The translations under genes were made by a program, and so were the position numbers. DNA of 64,000 nucleotides from the NCBI GenBank assembly GCA_009602735.1, contig WELA01002286.1, positions 104,409 through 168,408 on the forward strand, in the 5' to 3' direction. The notes beneath the pieces were generated by a model. It did no database searches. It saw only the letters and a program-made list of their open reading frames with translations, and was not told the DNA's origin. This document shows positions 11,341 to 23,300 of the stretch, piece by piece (within the stretch, counting starts at the first letter, position 1; every line of letters begins with the position of its first letter). Source of the stretch: Mesotaenium endlicherianum (lineage: Eukaryota).

Positions 11341-14300
11341 CCCCGTTCTCAAGGCCCGACCGATCCATGGCTGTCAACGGGGGGCCCTGCTCGCCCACCT
11401 TGGAGCCGGCCAGCGCTGCGGCCACGCCTGCCACCGTGGAGTCCTTGAAGAAGACGCTCATGGGGAGGCTCTTGTGCAGCTGCTCCGTCAGCATGGCCAG
11501 CACGCGCACCGCCATCAGGCTGTTGCCGCCCATGCGGAAAAAGTCCGTGCTTGGAGTGACACCTGGCCCTGCGACAGTGCCCAAGACCTCTGCAAAGACT
11601 CCCGCCACCACCTCCTCCTGCTGGCTGAGGGGCCGAGCGGGGCCCTGCGTGGAGGCGCCTCCACCTGTCAAAAACGCTTCCCTCGTAGGCGGCGGCAGCT
11701 TCTTGCGGTCGATTTTACCCGACACGGTCTGCGGGAACTCGTCCATGACCACATACGCCGACGGAATCATGTAGGAGGGCAGCTTCGACACAGCCAGCTG
11801 CTGGACGGCGTGCGCGTCCAGGAGAGCCTCCACCCGGCCTGCACTCTCTGCCAGTGCCGGAGTGAAGTAGGCCACTAGGCACTGCTGCCCGTTGGCATCC
11901 GCCCTCACTGCCACAGCGGCCTGCCCGATCCCCGGCGCCGACGCCAGCACATTCTCGATCTCCCCGAGCTCGATGCGGTTGCCCCTCAGCTTCACCTGCC
12001 ACGCGGCGAAAGGAGAAGAATGATCTCACAGCCCAACAGTTCCTCGGTGCACACCTTGCTTGGCTGCATGTGCGCACACTACTCACACACACCGCTACCA
12101 CGAGCGCCGCCCGGCTGCATATACCAAACGCTGGCACCCAAAAACACATACTGACACACAAATAGACATAATCATAGCATGGAAACACGGAGAAAATGAT
12201 GACGAGCAACGTTTGTGTGTTTTGGGGTAGTTATATGCCAGGCAGTGGGCACTAGGTGGGAGCGAAGGAGCAAGCACAAGGGGCCATGCGGCTTACCTGC
12301 GAGTCCATGCGGCCGAGGAACTGCAGGTGGCCGCTGGGCAGCCAGCGGCAGAGGTCACCCGTGCGGTACATGCGCGCGTCGTGCGCCCCCGTGCTGTACG
12401 GATTGGGGACGAACTTCTCCGCCGTCAAATCGGGCCTGCCCAGGTAGCCCTCTGCCACCTGGATGCCGGCAATGCAGAGCTCTCCCGGGACGCCAACTGG
12501 CAGCAGTTCCGCATGGGGCCCCAGCACAAACGGATACACGTTGGCCAGGCCCTTCCCAATGGTGTCGAACACCTCATCCCCTGCTCCCCAGAGCATGGCC
12601 GTGGCGGTGACGGCTGTCTCCGTGGGGCCGTAGCCGTTGACGCACGTCACGCCCTCGTCAGTCCACTTGCGGATGAGGGACACGGGCACGGCCTCCGCGC
12701 CCAGATCAATGACCTTGAGGCCGGGCGTCTGGGCGGGCTGCAGCGTGGCCACCACCGTGGGCGTGGAAACAGCGTATGTCACCCGGTTGGTCCGCAGGAA
12801 CGCGCCCAGGTCCGTCAGCAGCTCCTCCTTGGAGCAGATTGCGAGCGGCACGCCGTACGCCAGTGCCAGGAACACCTCTTGGACGTGCACGTCGAAGACG
12901 CTGGGTGCCAGCTGGGCCACACAGGTGTCGGCATCCCAGGGCAGGAGGGCCTGGTATGCGCGCACGAGATTGACGACTGACCTGTGCGCCAGCTGCACGC
13001 CCTTGGGCTCGCCCGTGCTGCCGCTCGTGAACAGCACGTAGCAGATGCTCTCGGGCGTGGGCCTGTGCGCCTCCAGGTCCACGTTCCCATGTCCTGCTCC
13101 TGCAGCAGGCTCCTCCAGCGCATCGAGCGCCGTGACCTCCACGCCCTGCTCCGACGGCAGCCAGGCCAGGAGCTCCAAGTGGGCCGCTCCGGACAGCACC
13201 ATCGCCAGCCCCGCCTGCCGCACGATGCTCTCGGTACGCAGCCGCGGGTATGACGGCTCCATGGGCACGTAGCCGCCGCCCACCATCAGCACGCCCAGCA
13301 TGGCCGCCACCCACTCAACGCTGCGGTCAAACACGAGGCCCACCAGCTTGCTGGCCTGCCCCTTGGCCGCCACGTGCGCCGCCACACGCCGCGCCAGCCG
13401 GTGCACTTCCGAGAAGGTGGCGCTGCGGGCCCCATCCACGACGGCCACCCGCGACGCGTCCTTGGCCACCTGCGCCTCGAACAGCTCCACCAGCGTCGCG
13501 GCGGCCACCTCCCCTCCCTGCTCCTGCTCCTCCTCCCCGGCCCCGTCGCTGGCCAGGCCCGCAAACGTCCTCAGGACCAGCTCGCGTTCGTCCGGCTGCA
13601 TGACCGCCAGCTGGCTCAGCGGCGAGGCGGCGTCTCTGCAGATGGAGCGCAGAAGCTCCTGGAAGTGTGACGCCAGCCGCTCGGCGGTGGCGGGGGCGTA
13701 CAGGTCGGCGTTGTAAACGAGCTCCCCGCTCAGGCCGCCATCCTCGACCGTCTCAAGCCCCAAGTCCAGCTCGAACTTGGCGGAGACGCCGCCGCCCCCG
13801 TCCAGCGTGCCCAGCACCTCCACCCCAGCCAGCTGAAGGTCGCTTTCCAAGCTGCCCTTGCCCTCCTCCAATGAGAACATGGTCTGGAAGACGGGCGACC
13901 TGCTGGAGTCCCGCGTGGCCGACACCTGCCCCACGACCTTCTCAAAGGGCACGTCCTGGTGGTCCAGCGCCCCCAGCACGCGCGCCCTCACGTGCGCCAG
14001 GAGGTCCGCAAAGCTCGCCTCTCCCCTGCCCTCTGCAGCCCCCTGAGCCGCCAGGAGCTCGAAGTCAGCCACCGCCACGACCGTGTTTACGAACAAGCCC
14101 ACCACTGGCTCCAGCGCCGCCCTCACCCTGCCGGCAGTGGGGAAGCCCACAATGACGCGCTCCTGCCCCGTGTAGCGGTGCAGCAGCGCCTGGTACGCCG
14201 CCAGCAGCACCATGAACAGCGTGCTGCCGTAGCGCGCCGCCACCTGACGCAAGGCCTCCACGGCCGCCGCCTCCAGCGACACCCTAACGGTCGCGCCCCT

Positions 14301-17300
14301 GTGGCTCTCCACGCCCGGGCGCACGAAATCTGTGGCTAGCTGCAGTGGCTCGGGGTCCACGCCCAGGAGCTCCTTCCAGTAAGCCAGCTGGCCCTCCAGC
14401 ACCGCGCCCGACATGTAGCGACGCTGCCAGACGGCGTAGTCCACGTACTGCAGGGGCAGTGCGGGCAGCCCCTCCGCCGACCCGTCCTTCTCGTAGCAGT
14501 GGGTGAGCTCCTCAAAGAAGACGCCTGCGGACTCCCCGTCAAACGCAATGTGGTGCATCGTCAGCATCACTATGAAGCGGTCCCCGCCCTCCCGGACAAC
14601 GGCCCCCCGAATGGGCCAACTGTCGGGATCGTTGAGATCAAACGGCGCGGCCGCCTCCTCCTCCACCAGCGCCTCCACCTCCGCCGCCTTCCCCTCCTCC
14701 GGGCGGCCGGAGACGTCAAAAACGGCCAGCTTGAACGGCCGGCTGCCCGCGCCTGCAGAAGACCGCACAAACTGCAGGGGCACGCCCGCCCTGCTGCTGC
14801 CATAGGTCGTGCGCAGCACCTCGTGCCTCGCGACGACGGCCGCCAGCGCACGCTCCAGCCGCGCAACGTCCAGGGCCCCGCTTACGCGCCATGCGGCGGG
14901 CATATTGTAGTGGGAGGTGCCCCCGCCTTCGATCTGGTCCATGACCCACATGCGGTCCTGCGCGAAGCTCAGTGGCAAACCCCCGCCGTCGTCGGCCGCC
15001 ACGGCCGCCCTGTCCACCACGCCCAATGGGGGCTCCTCCTTCCCCGACGAGCGCAGGGCGGAGACAAGGCCGGCCACTGTTGAGTTGTGGAAGAAGTCGC
15101 CCACGGTGAGGCTCTTGCCCAGCCGCTCCCGGACCAGCGACACCACGCGGATGGCCATGAGGCTGTTGCCGCCCAGCCCGAAAAAGTCAGACCGCGCGCT
15201 GATGCCCTTGGCGCCGCCCACGGTCAGCACCTCCGCAAAAATGCCGGCCACCATCTCCTCCTGCACCGTCAGCGGCCGCGCGCTCCCCCCGCCGGCCGCA
15301 CCCGAGGCCGAATAGAACGCCTCCGCCGTGGGCGGCGGCAGCTTCTTGCGGTCGATCTTGCCTGACACCGTCTGCGGGAACTCATCCAGCACCACGTACG
15401 CGGTGGGCACCATGTAGCTTGTCAGCTTGGAGGCCGCCACCTGACGCACACCCTCCACGCTGAACGCCGCCCTGTCCTCAGGGCAAAGGTACGCCGTCAG
15501 GTGGTCCCACCCGGCCTCGTCCTTCTTCACCAGCACCACCGCCTGGCCCACGCCCGGCGCCTGGTCCAGCACGTTCTCTACCTCGCCCAGCTCGATGCGA
15601 TTCCCCCGCAGCTTCACCTGCAGACATGCCAGGGCAGATCAGATTCAGGCTCCGCCCACATACAAAGAGATAACGACCTCGTCCTGCACACCTGCAACCG
15701 TGTGAGGTGTTGGTGGCAGGTAACACTGTGCAGCAGTCATGCAGGTGCACTCCATAAGGAGAGGCCGGCGCCTGCTTTGGTCCCCTTCTCCCTTCACACA
15801 TGCATAGAGTGCGACAACAGCTGCGCTGTTGCCTTACAAGTGCAGCAGTCCCTTCGCCCCCCGGCAGACAACAGGACAGTGTAGGCATGCCACTCACTTG
15901 CGAGTCCATGCGGCCGAAAAACTGCAGGTGGCCGCTGGGCAGCCAGCGGCACAGGTCGCCCGTGCGGTACATGCGCGCGTCGTGCGGCCCCGTGCTGTAC
16001 AGATTGGGGACAAACTTTTCCGCTGTCAAATCGGGCCTGCCCAGGTAGCCCTTGGCCACCTGCACGCCCGCGATGCACAGCTCGCCCGGGACGCCGATGG
16101 GCAGCACCTCCCCGTGGTGCGCGCCCAGCACCAGCGGGTAAACCTGCGGCAGGCCGGTGCCGATGGTATCAAATACGTCGGCGCCCGCCTCCCAGAACAC
16201 GGCGGTGGCCGTCACCGCCGTCTCCGTGGGGCCGTAGCCGTTGACCACCGTGGTGCCCGCGTCTGTCCAGCGGCGGATGAGCGCCACGGGCACGGCCTCC
16301 GCGCCCAGGTCCAGCACCTTCAGGCAGCTGGCCTGGCTGGGCTGCAGCCCCGTGGCGAGCGTGGGCGACGTCACCAGGTACGTCACGCTGTGCTGCGACA
16401 GGAACGCGCCCAGGTCCGTGAGCAGCTCCTCCTTGGAGCAGACGGCCAGCGTGGAGCCGCACGCCAGCGCCAGCCACACCTCCTGCACGTGCACGTCAAA
16501 CACCGACGCCGCCAGCTGCGCCATGCAGGCCGTCGCGCCCGCCGGCAGCAGCCTCCGGTACGCCTGCACCAGGTTCACCACCGAGCGGTGCGCCAGCTCC
16601 ACGCCCTTGGGCTCGCCCGTGCTGCCGCTCGTGAACAGCACGTAGCAGCTGTCGTCGGGCGAGGGCTTGCACGCCGTCACCTGGCTCTCTTCTCGGGGCT
16701 CCGCCGGGGGCAGATCCGTGACATCCACCAGCACCAGGGGCACCGCCGCCGCAGCCATCCAGGCGAGGGCGTCCAGGTGCGCGGGCGTGGTAAGCACCAG
16801 GCTTAGCTGCGCCTGCTGCGACACGCTCTCCATGCGCCCTCGCGGGAACGTGGGCTCCATGGGCACGTAGCCGCCGCCCGCCATCATGATGCCCAGCATG
16901 GCCGCCACCCACTCCACGCCGCGGTCCATCACCAGCCCTACCAGGCGGCCGCCCTGGCCCTGGGCAAGAAGGAATGCCGCCACCTGGAGGGCGAGCGCAT
17001 GCACCTCCTGGTAGGTGGCACTGCGCTCCCCCGACAGCACAGCCACCTTCTGTGGGGACGCCGCCGCGGAGGCCAGGAACAAGTCCACCAGCGTCTCCTC
17101 GTAAGTCTCCACCTCCCTGCCCCCGCCGGAGAACTTGTGTAGCACCATGGCCTGCTCCTCCGCGCCCATCAGCGCCAGCTGGTGCAGGGGCAAGCCGGCT
17201 GCAGCCGCGGCCGCCCGCAGGAACTGCTGGTAGTGGCCAGCCAGCCGCTCCACTGTCTCCTGCGAGAACAGGTCCACGTTGTACTCGAGGACACCTGTCA

Positions 17301-20300
17301 GCGTGCCGTCGCCCTCCTTCTGCAGGCTGAGGTCGATCTCGAACTTGGCGGCACCCATCTCCTCCGCCAGGCTGCCCGTCACAGCGACACCTGGTAGCGT
17401 GATAGTGCTCGCTTCCGCCAGCGTGAACATCGTCTGGAAGACCGCGGACCGGCTGGGGTCGCGCACCGTCACGACGTCGGCCACCACCTTCTCGAAGGGC
17501 ACGTCCTGATGGTCCAGCGCCTCCAACACGCGCGCACGCGTCTGCTTCAGGAGCTCCAGGAACGTCACCTCGCCCTTCTCTCCAAAGTCGGCAACGGCCA
17601 CCACGGTGTTGACGAAGAGGCCCACAACGGAGTCCAGCTGCGCCAGAGTGCGCCCGCCCACAGGGATGCCCACCAGCACGCGCTCCTGCCCCGTGTAGCG
17701 GTGCAGCAGCGCCTGGTACGCCGCCAGCAGCACCATGAACAGCGTGCCGCCCGTCTGCTGCCCCAGCTGGCGCAGGTCCCTGGCGAGCGCGGCATCCACA
17801 GAAAAGTGCACGCTGGCGCCGCGGAAGCTCTGCTTGATCGGCCGCGGGAAGTCCAGTGCCAGCTGGAGCGGCTCGGGGTCGACGCCTATCAGGTCCTTCC
17901 AGTACACCAGCTGGCGGCTCAGAGCAGCCCCCGACATGTACTCCCTGTTCCACGCCGCAAAGTCTGCATACTGCAGCGCCACGGGCGGCAGCGTCTCCGC
18001 ACTGCCCCCCTGCTCATAGACGTGTGCGAGCTCGCGGAAGAAGACGGCGCTAGAGCCCTCGTCGAACGCGATGTGGTGCACCGTCAGCATCAGCACCCAG
18101 CTGCTGGCCCCGCATTTGGCCACACGCCCACGCATCAGCAGGCTGCTCGTGTCATCTATGTGGAAGGGCGTCTGCGCCTCCTCCAGGAACAGCCACTCCA
18201 CCTCCGCCTCCTGTTCCTCCGGGGCCAGAGGGGCCAGGTCCACGACAGGTAGACTGAAGAGGCTTGCCTTGTCCTCCTCCAGCACTACCTGCTCACACGC
18301 GCACACACACAGGCACACGCAGATGGCATCGTCGTCTTTAGGAGCAGCAGGAGGTGCTGTCTCAAGGAAGAGCAAGCCGTGAGTGCACAGGGGAGCAGGC
18401 CATGCCAGGCAAGGAAGGCTCTCTGAGTCGAGCTTCATTTCATGCCATCGCTGAAAGTAGGCCCCACCCGACAGGAAGGGGGTCACACACCTGGACAGGG
18501 GTCCCATCGTGGCTGGCGTAGAGCGTGCGCAGGGCCTCGTGGCGCGCGATGAGAGCGCGCACGGCCGACTCCAGGCGGGGCACGTCCAGCGCGCCCTCGA
18601 TGCGCCACGCAAACGGGATGTTGTAGTGGGCGCTGCCCCCGCCGCCCTCCAGCTGGTCCATGGCCCACATGCGCTCCTGCGCAAAGCTGAGCGGCAGCCT
18701 GCCCCCGTCCCCGGCCAGGAGGAGCGCCCTGTCCAGCGGGACGAGGGGCGGAGGCGCCGCACCGCCGCTGTCGGCACCGCCGCTGGCGTTGACGGCGGTC
18801 GCAATGCCGGCCACGGTGGAGTCGTGGAAGAAGGTGCCCACGGTGATGGCGCGCCCCACGCGCTCCTTCACCAGGCTGATCACCTTGATGGCCATCAGGC
18901 TGTTGCCGCCCATGGCAAAGAAGTCGCTATGCGGCCCGACGTCGGCGATAGCGTCACCGCCGCCTGCGAGGCCCAGCACCTCCGCAAACACGCCGGCCAC
19001 CACCTCCTCCTTCTGCGTGAGCGCGCGCTCGCCTGCCTTGACGGCGCCGCCCGACAGAAATGCCTCGGGCGGGGGCTGGGGCAGGTTCTTGCGGTCCACC
19101 TTCCCCGACACGGACTGCGGGAAGTGCTCCATGAGCATGTACGCGCTGGGCACCATGTACGTGGGCAGCCGCGAGGCCGCCACTTGGCGCACGGCCGCAA
19201 TGTCCACTGTGGATGCCTCGCCAACGGAGGGCCTCACATACGCCGCCAGAAAGAGCTGCTGCCCTTCGTCCTTCCTCACCATCACAACCGCCTGGCCCAC
19301 CCCCGGCGCCTGGCAGAGGGCGTTCTCGATCTCCCCCAGCTCTATGCGGTAGCCGCGCATCTTCACCTGCACCACGCACCAGGGCTCGGTTGTCAGCAAC
19401 ACTACCACATCCTCCAGGGGGCCCACCACTGACGGACTTGTCTCTGCTCACTCACTCTCACGTCACAGGGAAGGGCAGGGAGGCGGGGGTGGCGGGCACC
19501 GCACCTGAGAGTCGAGGCGGCCGAGGAACTCGATGTGACCGCTGGGCAGCCAGCGGCAGAGGTCGCCCGTGCGGTACATGCGCGCGTCGTGCGGGCCCTT
19601 GCTGTACGGGTTGGGCACAAACTGCTTAGCCGTCAGCTCCGGCTTGTTGAGATAGCCCTGCGCCACCTGCACACCGGCGATGCAGAGCTCACCAGGAACG
19701 CCCACCGGCAGCACTTCCTGGGTCTTGCGGCCCAGGATGAAGGCATACACCCCGGGCAGCGAGGCCCCGATGGTGTCGTACACCTGCGCCCCCGCCTCCC
19801 ACACCATGCGCGTGCACGTCACCGCCGTCTCCGTGGGCCCGTACGAGTTGACGACCAACACGCCCGCGCTGGTCCACCGTGCGATGAGGCTGACCGGCAC
19901 GGCCTCGCCGCCCATCTCCAGAAACTTCAGCCCCGGCGCCTGCGACGGCTGGATGGTGGCCACCACCGTGGGCGTGGCCTGGATGTACGTGGTGCGCGTG
20001 CGCTCCAAGAAGCCCGGGAGGTCCGTCAGCAGCTCCTCCTTGGAGCACACGGCCAGCGCGGCGCCGTGGCTGAAGGCCAGCCACACCTGGTGCACGTGCT
20101 GGTCGAACACGGCGGGCGACAGCTGGCCCACCACGCTGCCCTCGTCCAGCGGCAGCAGGTGCAGGTACGACTTGACCATGTTCACCACCGAGCGGTGCAC
20201 CAGCTCCACGCCCTTGGGCTCGCCCGTGCTGCCGCTCGTGAACAGCACGTAGCAGATGCTCTCGGGCGTGGGCCTGTGCGCCCGCAGCGCCGCTCGCTCG

Positions 20301-23300
20301 CCCTCGCTCACGGGCGGCATGTCGGCCACCACCGCCACCTCCACGCCCTTCTCCGCCGTGAGCCACCCGAGGCCCTCCGCGTGCTCTCCTGACGTCAGCA
20401 CCAGAGCCAGCTTGCCCTGGCTGGTGATGCTCTCCACCCTCAGGCGCGGGAACGACGGCTCCATGGGCACGTAGCCGCCGCCCGCCATCATGATGCCCAG
20501 CATGGCCGCCACCCACTCCACGCCGCGGTCCATCACCAGCCCCACCAGGTGGGGAGCATCCTGGCCGCCGCTGCCGCCTCTGCCTTTGCCAGCCCCGGCG
20601 GCGGCGCTGCGCCGAGACGCCACAAAGCAGGCCACGCGCTCGGCGCGCGCGTGCATCTCCGCGTACGACACCTGGCAGACGGCGGCATCCACGACGGCCG
20701 TGGCGTCGGGGCGCGCGCGCACCTGCGCCTCGAACATGTCCCACAGCGTCTCGGAGTGCACGGCCACGGGGCGGTACACGCCGGAGAACTTGTGCAGCAC
20801 CAGCGACTCCTCGTCCGCGCGCATGAGCGGGATCTCGTGCAGCGGGTCCTTGGCGTTACGCGGGATGCAGCGCAGCAGCTCCCGGTAGTGCCCCGCCAGC
20901 CGCCGCATGCTGGCCGCCGAGTACAGGTCCGTGTTGTACTCCACCACGCCCGCCAGGCTGCCGTCCGCCTGCCGGTCCAGCGACAGCTGCAGCTCAAACA
21001 TGGCCGCTGCCGACCCGAACGAGAGTGGCGTGACGTCCGCGCCCGCCACAAATTGGCTGTTGGAGCTAGAGATGGCGGCGCCCGCGCCCTCGTCCAGCGA
21101 GAACATCGTCTGGAAGACCGCGGACCGGCTGGGGTCGCGCACCGTCACGACGTCGGCCACCACCTTCTCAAAGGGCACATCCTGGTGGTCCAGCGCCTCC
21201 AGCACGCGCGCGCGCGCCTGCTGCACCAGCTTCACGAACGACAGGTGGCCGCCGTCACCGCCCTCAAAGTCGGCCACCGCCACGACCGTGTTGACGAAGA
21301 AGCCCACCAGGCTCTCCAGCTGAGGGTGCACGCGTCCGGCCACGGGGATGCCCACAATGACGCGCTCCTGCCCCGTGTAGCGGTGCAGCAGCGCCTGGTA
21401 CGCCGCCAGCAGCACCATGAACAGCGTACCGCCCGTCTGCTGCCCCAGCGCCTGCAGCGCCGCCACAGCGTCCGCGTCCACAGAGAGGCTCACGCTGGCG
21501 CCGTTGTGCGTTTGCTTGGCGGGGCGCACAAAGTCGGTGGCCAGCTGCAGCGGGTCCGGGTTTGGGCCGATGAGCTTGCGCCAGTACGCCAGCTGCTCCT
21601 CCAGGCGCGCACCCGACACGAAGGTGCGGTGCCAGATGGCAAAGTCTGCGTACTGCACGGCCATCTGCGCCAGTCCCTCGGCCGTCGAGAACTCGTAGCA
21701 GTGTGCCAGCTCGCGGAAGAATACGCTGTTGGACACGCCGTCGAACGCGATGTGATGCACCGTCAGCAAGAACACGCACGACGCTGCTGTCGCGTTCTCC
21801 TCCTCCTTCAAGTCCTCCTCCACCAGGACGCCCCGCAGCGGCAGTCCCGCCGGATCGTTGAGGTCGAAGGGCGCCAGCGCCTCCTTCCTGGCCAGACGCC
21901 GCACGGCCCCGTCCTCCTCGCCTTCCGCGCTGGCACCGCCCCCGTCAGCCTCCGACAGACGGAGGGTGCGGATCTTGACCTCCACGTCCTCGGCCCGGCG
22001 CACGATCTGCACAGGCGCGCCCTCCACCGTTGCAAAGTAGGTGCGCAGGATCTCGTGGCGGCCCAATAGGGCCGTAAGCGCTTGCTCCAGGCGCCCCAAG
22101 TCAAGGTGCCCGCGAATGCGCCAGGCAAAGGAGATGTTGTAGTGCGCGCTTCCACCCTCCAGCTGGTCCATGGCCCACATGCGCTCCTGCGCAAAGCTGA
22201 GCGGCAGCTTCCCGTCCTTAAACTGCGCGCGCGCTACGGCCGTGAGCGCGGGCCCCTTGCTGATGGCGCGGCCCGCGTGGATCTGCGAGGCCACGCCCGC
22301 CACGGTGGAGTTCTGGAAGAAGCCGGCCATGGAGATGCTCTTGCCCAGCCGCTCGCTGATCAGCGCCAGCACGCGGATGGCCATCAGGCTGTTGCCGCCC
22401 AGCCCGAAGAAGTTGGCGTGCGGCCCAACGCGCACGCTGGCCTGCAGGCCCAGCACCTCCGCAAAGATGCCGGCCACCACCTCCTCCACCTGCGTCATCG
22501 TGCGCTCGTCGCCCAGCGCCAGGCCGCTTGTCAAAAAGGCGTCGCTGGTGGGCTCCGGCAGGCGGCGCCGGTCCACCTTGCCCGAGACGGAGTGCGGAAA
22601 CTCCTTGAGGACCACGTACGCGGCGGGCACCATGTACGCCGGCAGGCGCGACGTGACGGCCGTGCGCACCTCCCCAATGTCCACCTCCACGCCCGAGTGC
22701 GGCCGCAGGTACGCCGCCAGGTACTGCTGCTGCTGCGCGCTGTCCTTGCGCAGCATGGCCACGGCCAGGCTCACGCCAGGCGCCTTGCAGAGCGCGTTCT
22801 CAATCTCGCCCAGCTCGATGCGGTTCCCCCGCAGCTTCACCTGCACACGCAGCAGCCGCCACCGCCACCAGCAGGACAAGGGTGAGGGCGGGGGCCGAGG
22901 ATGCGAACAAGGGCAGGGTATATTGCTGGGGGGGCAAAGCATGCAGCTGCCCGGCAGCAGCGGCTTCACCATTGTATGTAGCGGCAACAACAGGGTGGGG
23001 CTGGGGGGCAGGCCGGCTGACCTGCGTGTCGATGCGCCCGAGGATGTGGATGGAGCCGTCGGGCAGCCAGCGACAGAGATCGCCCGTGCGGTACATGCGC
23101 GCGTCGTGCGGGCCCTTGCTGTACGGGTTGGGCACAAACACCTTGGCATTCAGGTCAGCCCTCCCCAGGTAGCCCTCAGCCACCTGCACGCCAGCCAGGC
23201 AGAGCTCCCCCGGCACGCCGATGGGCAGCAGCTCCTGGTGCGCACCCAGCACGTACGCATACACGTGCGCCAGGGGCCCACCGATGGTGTCCGTGGGCTC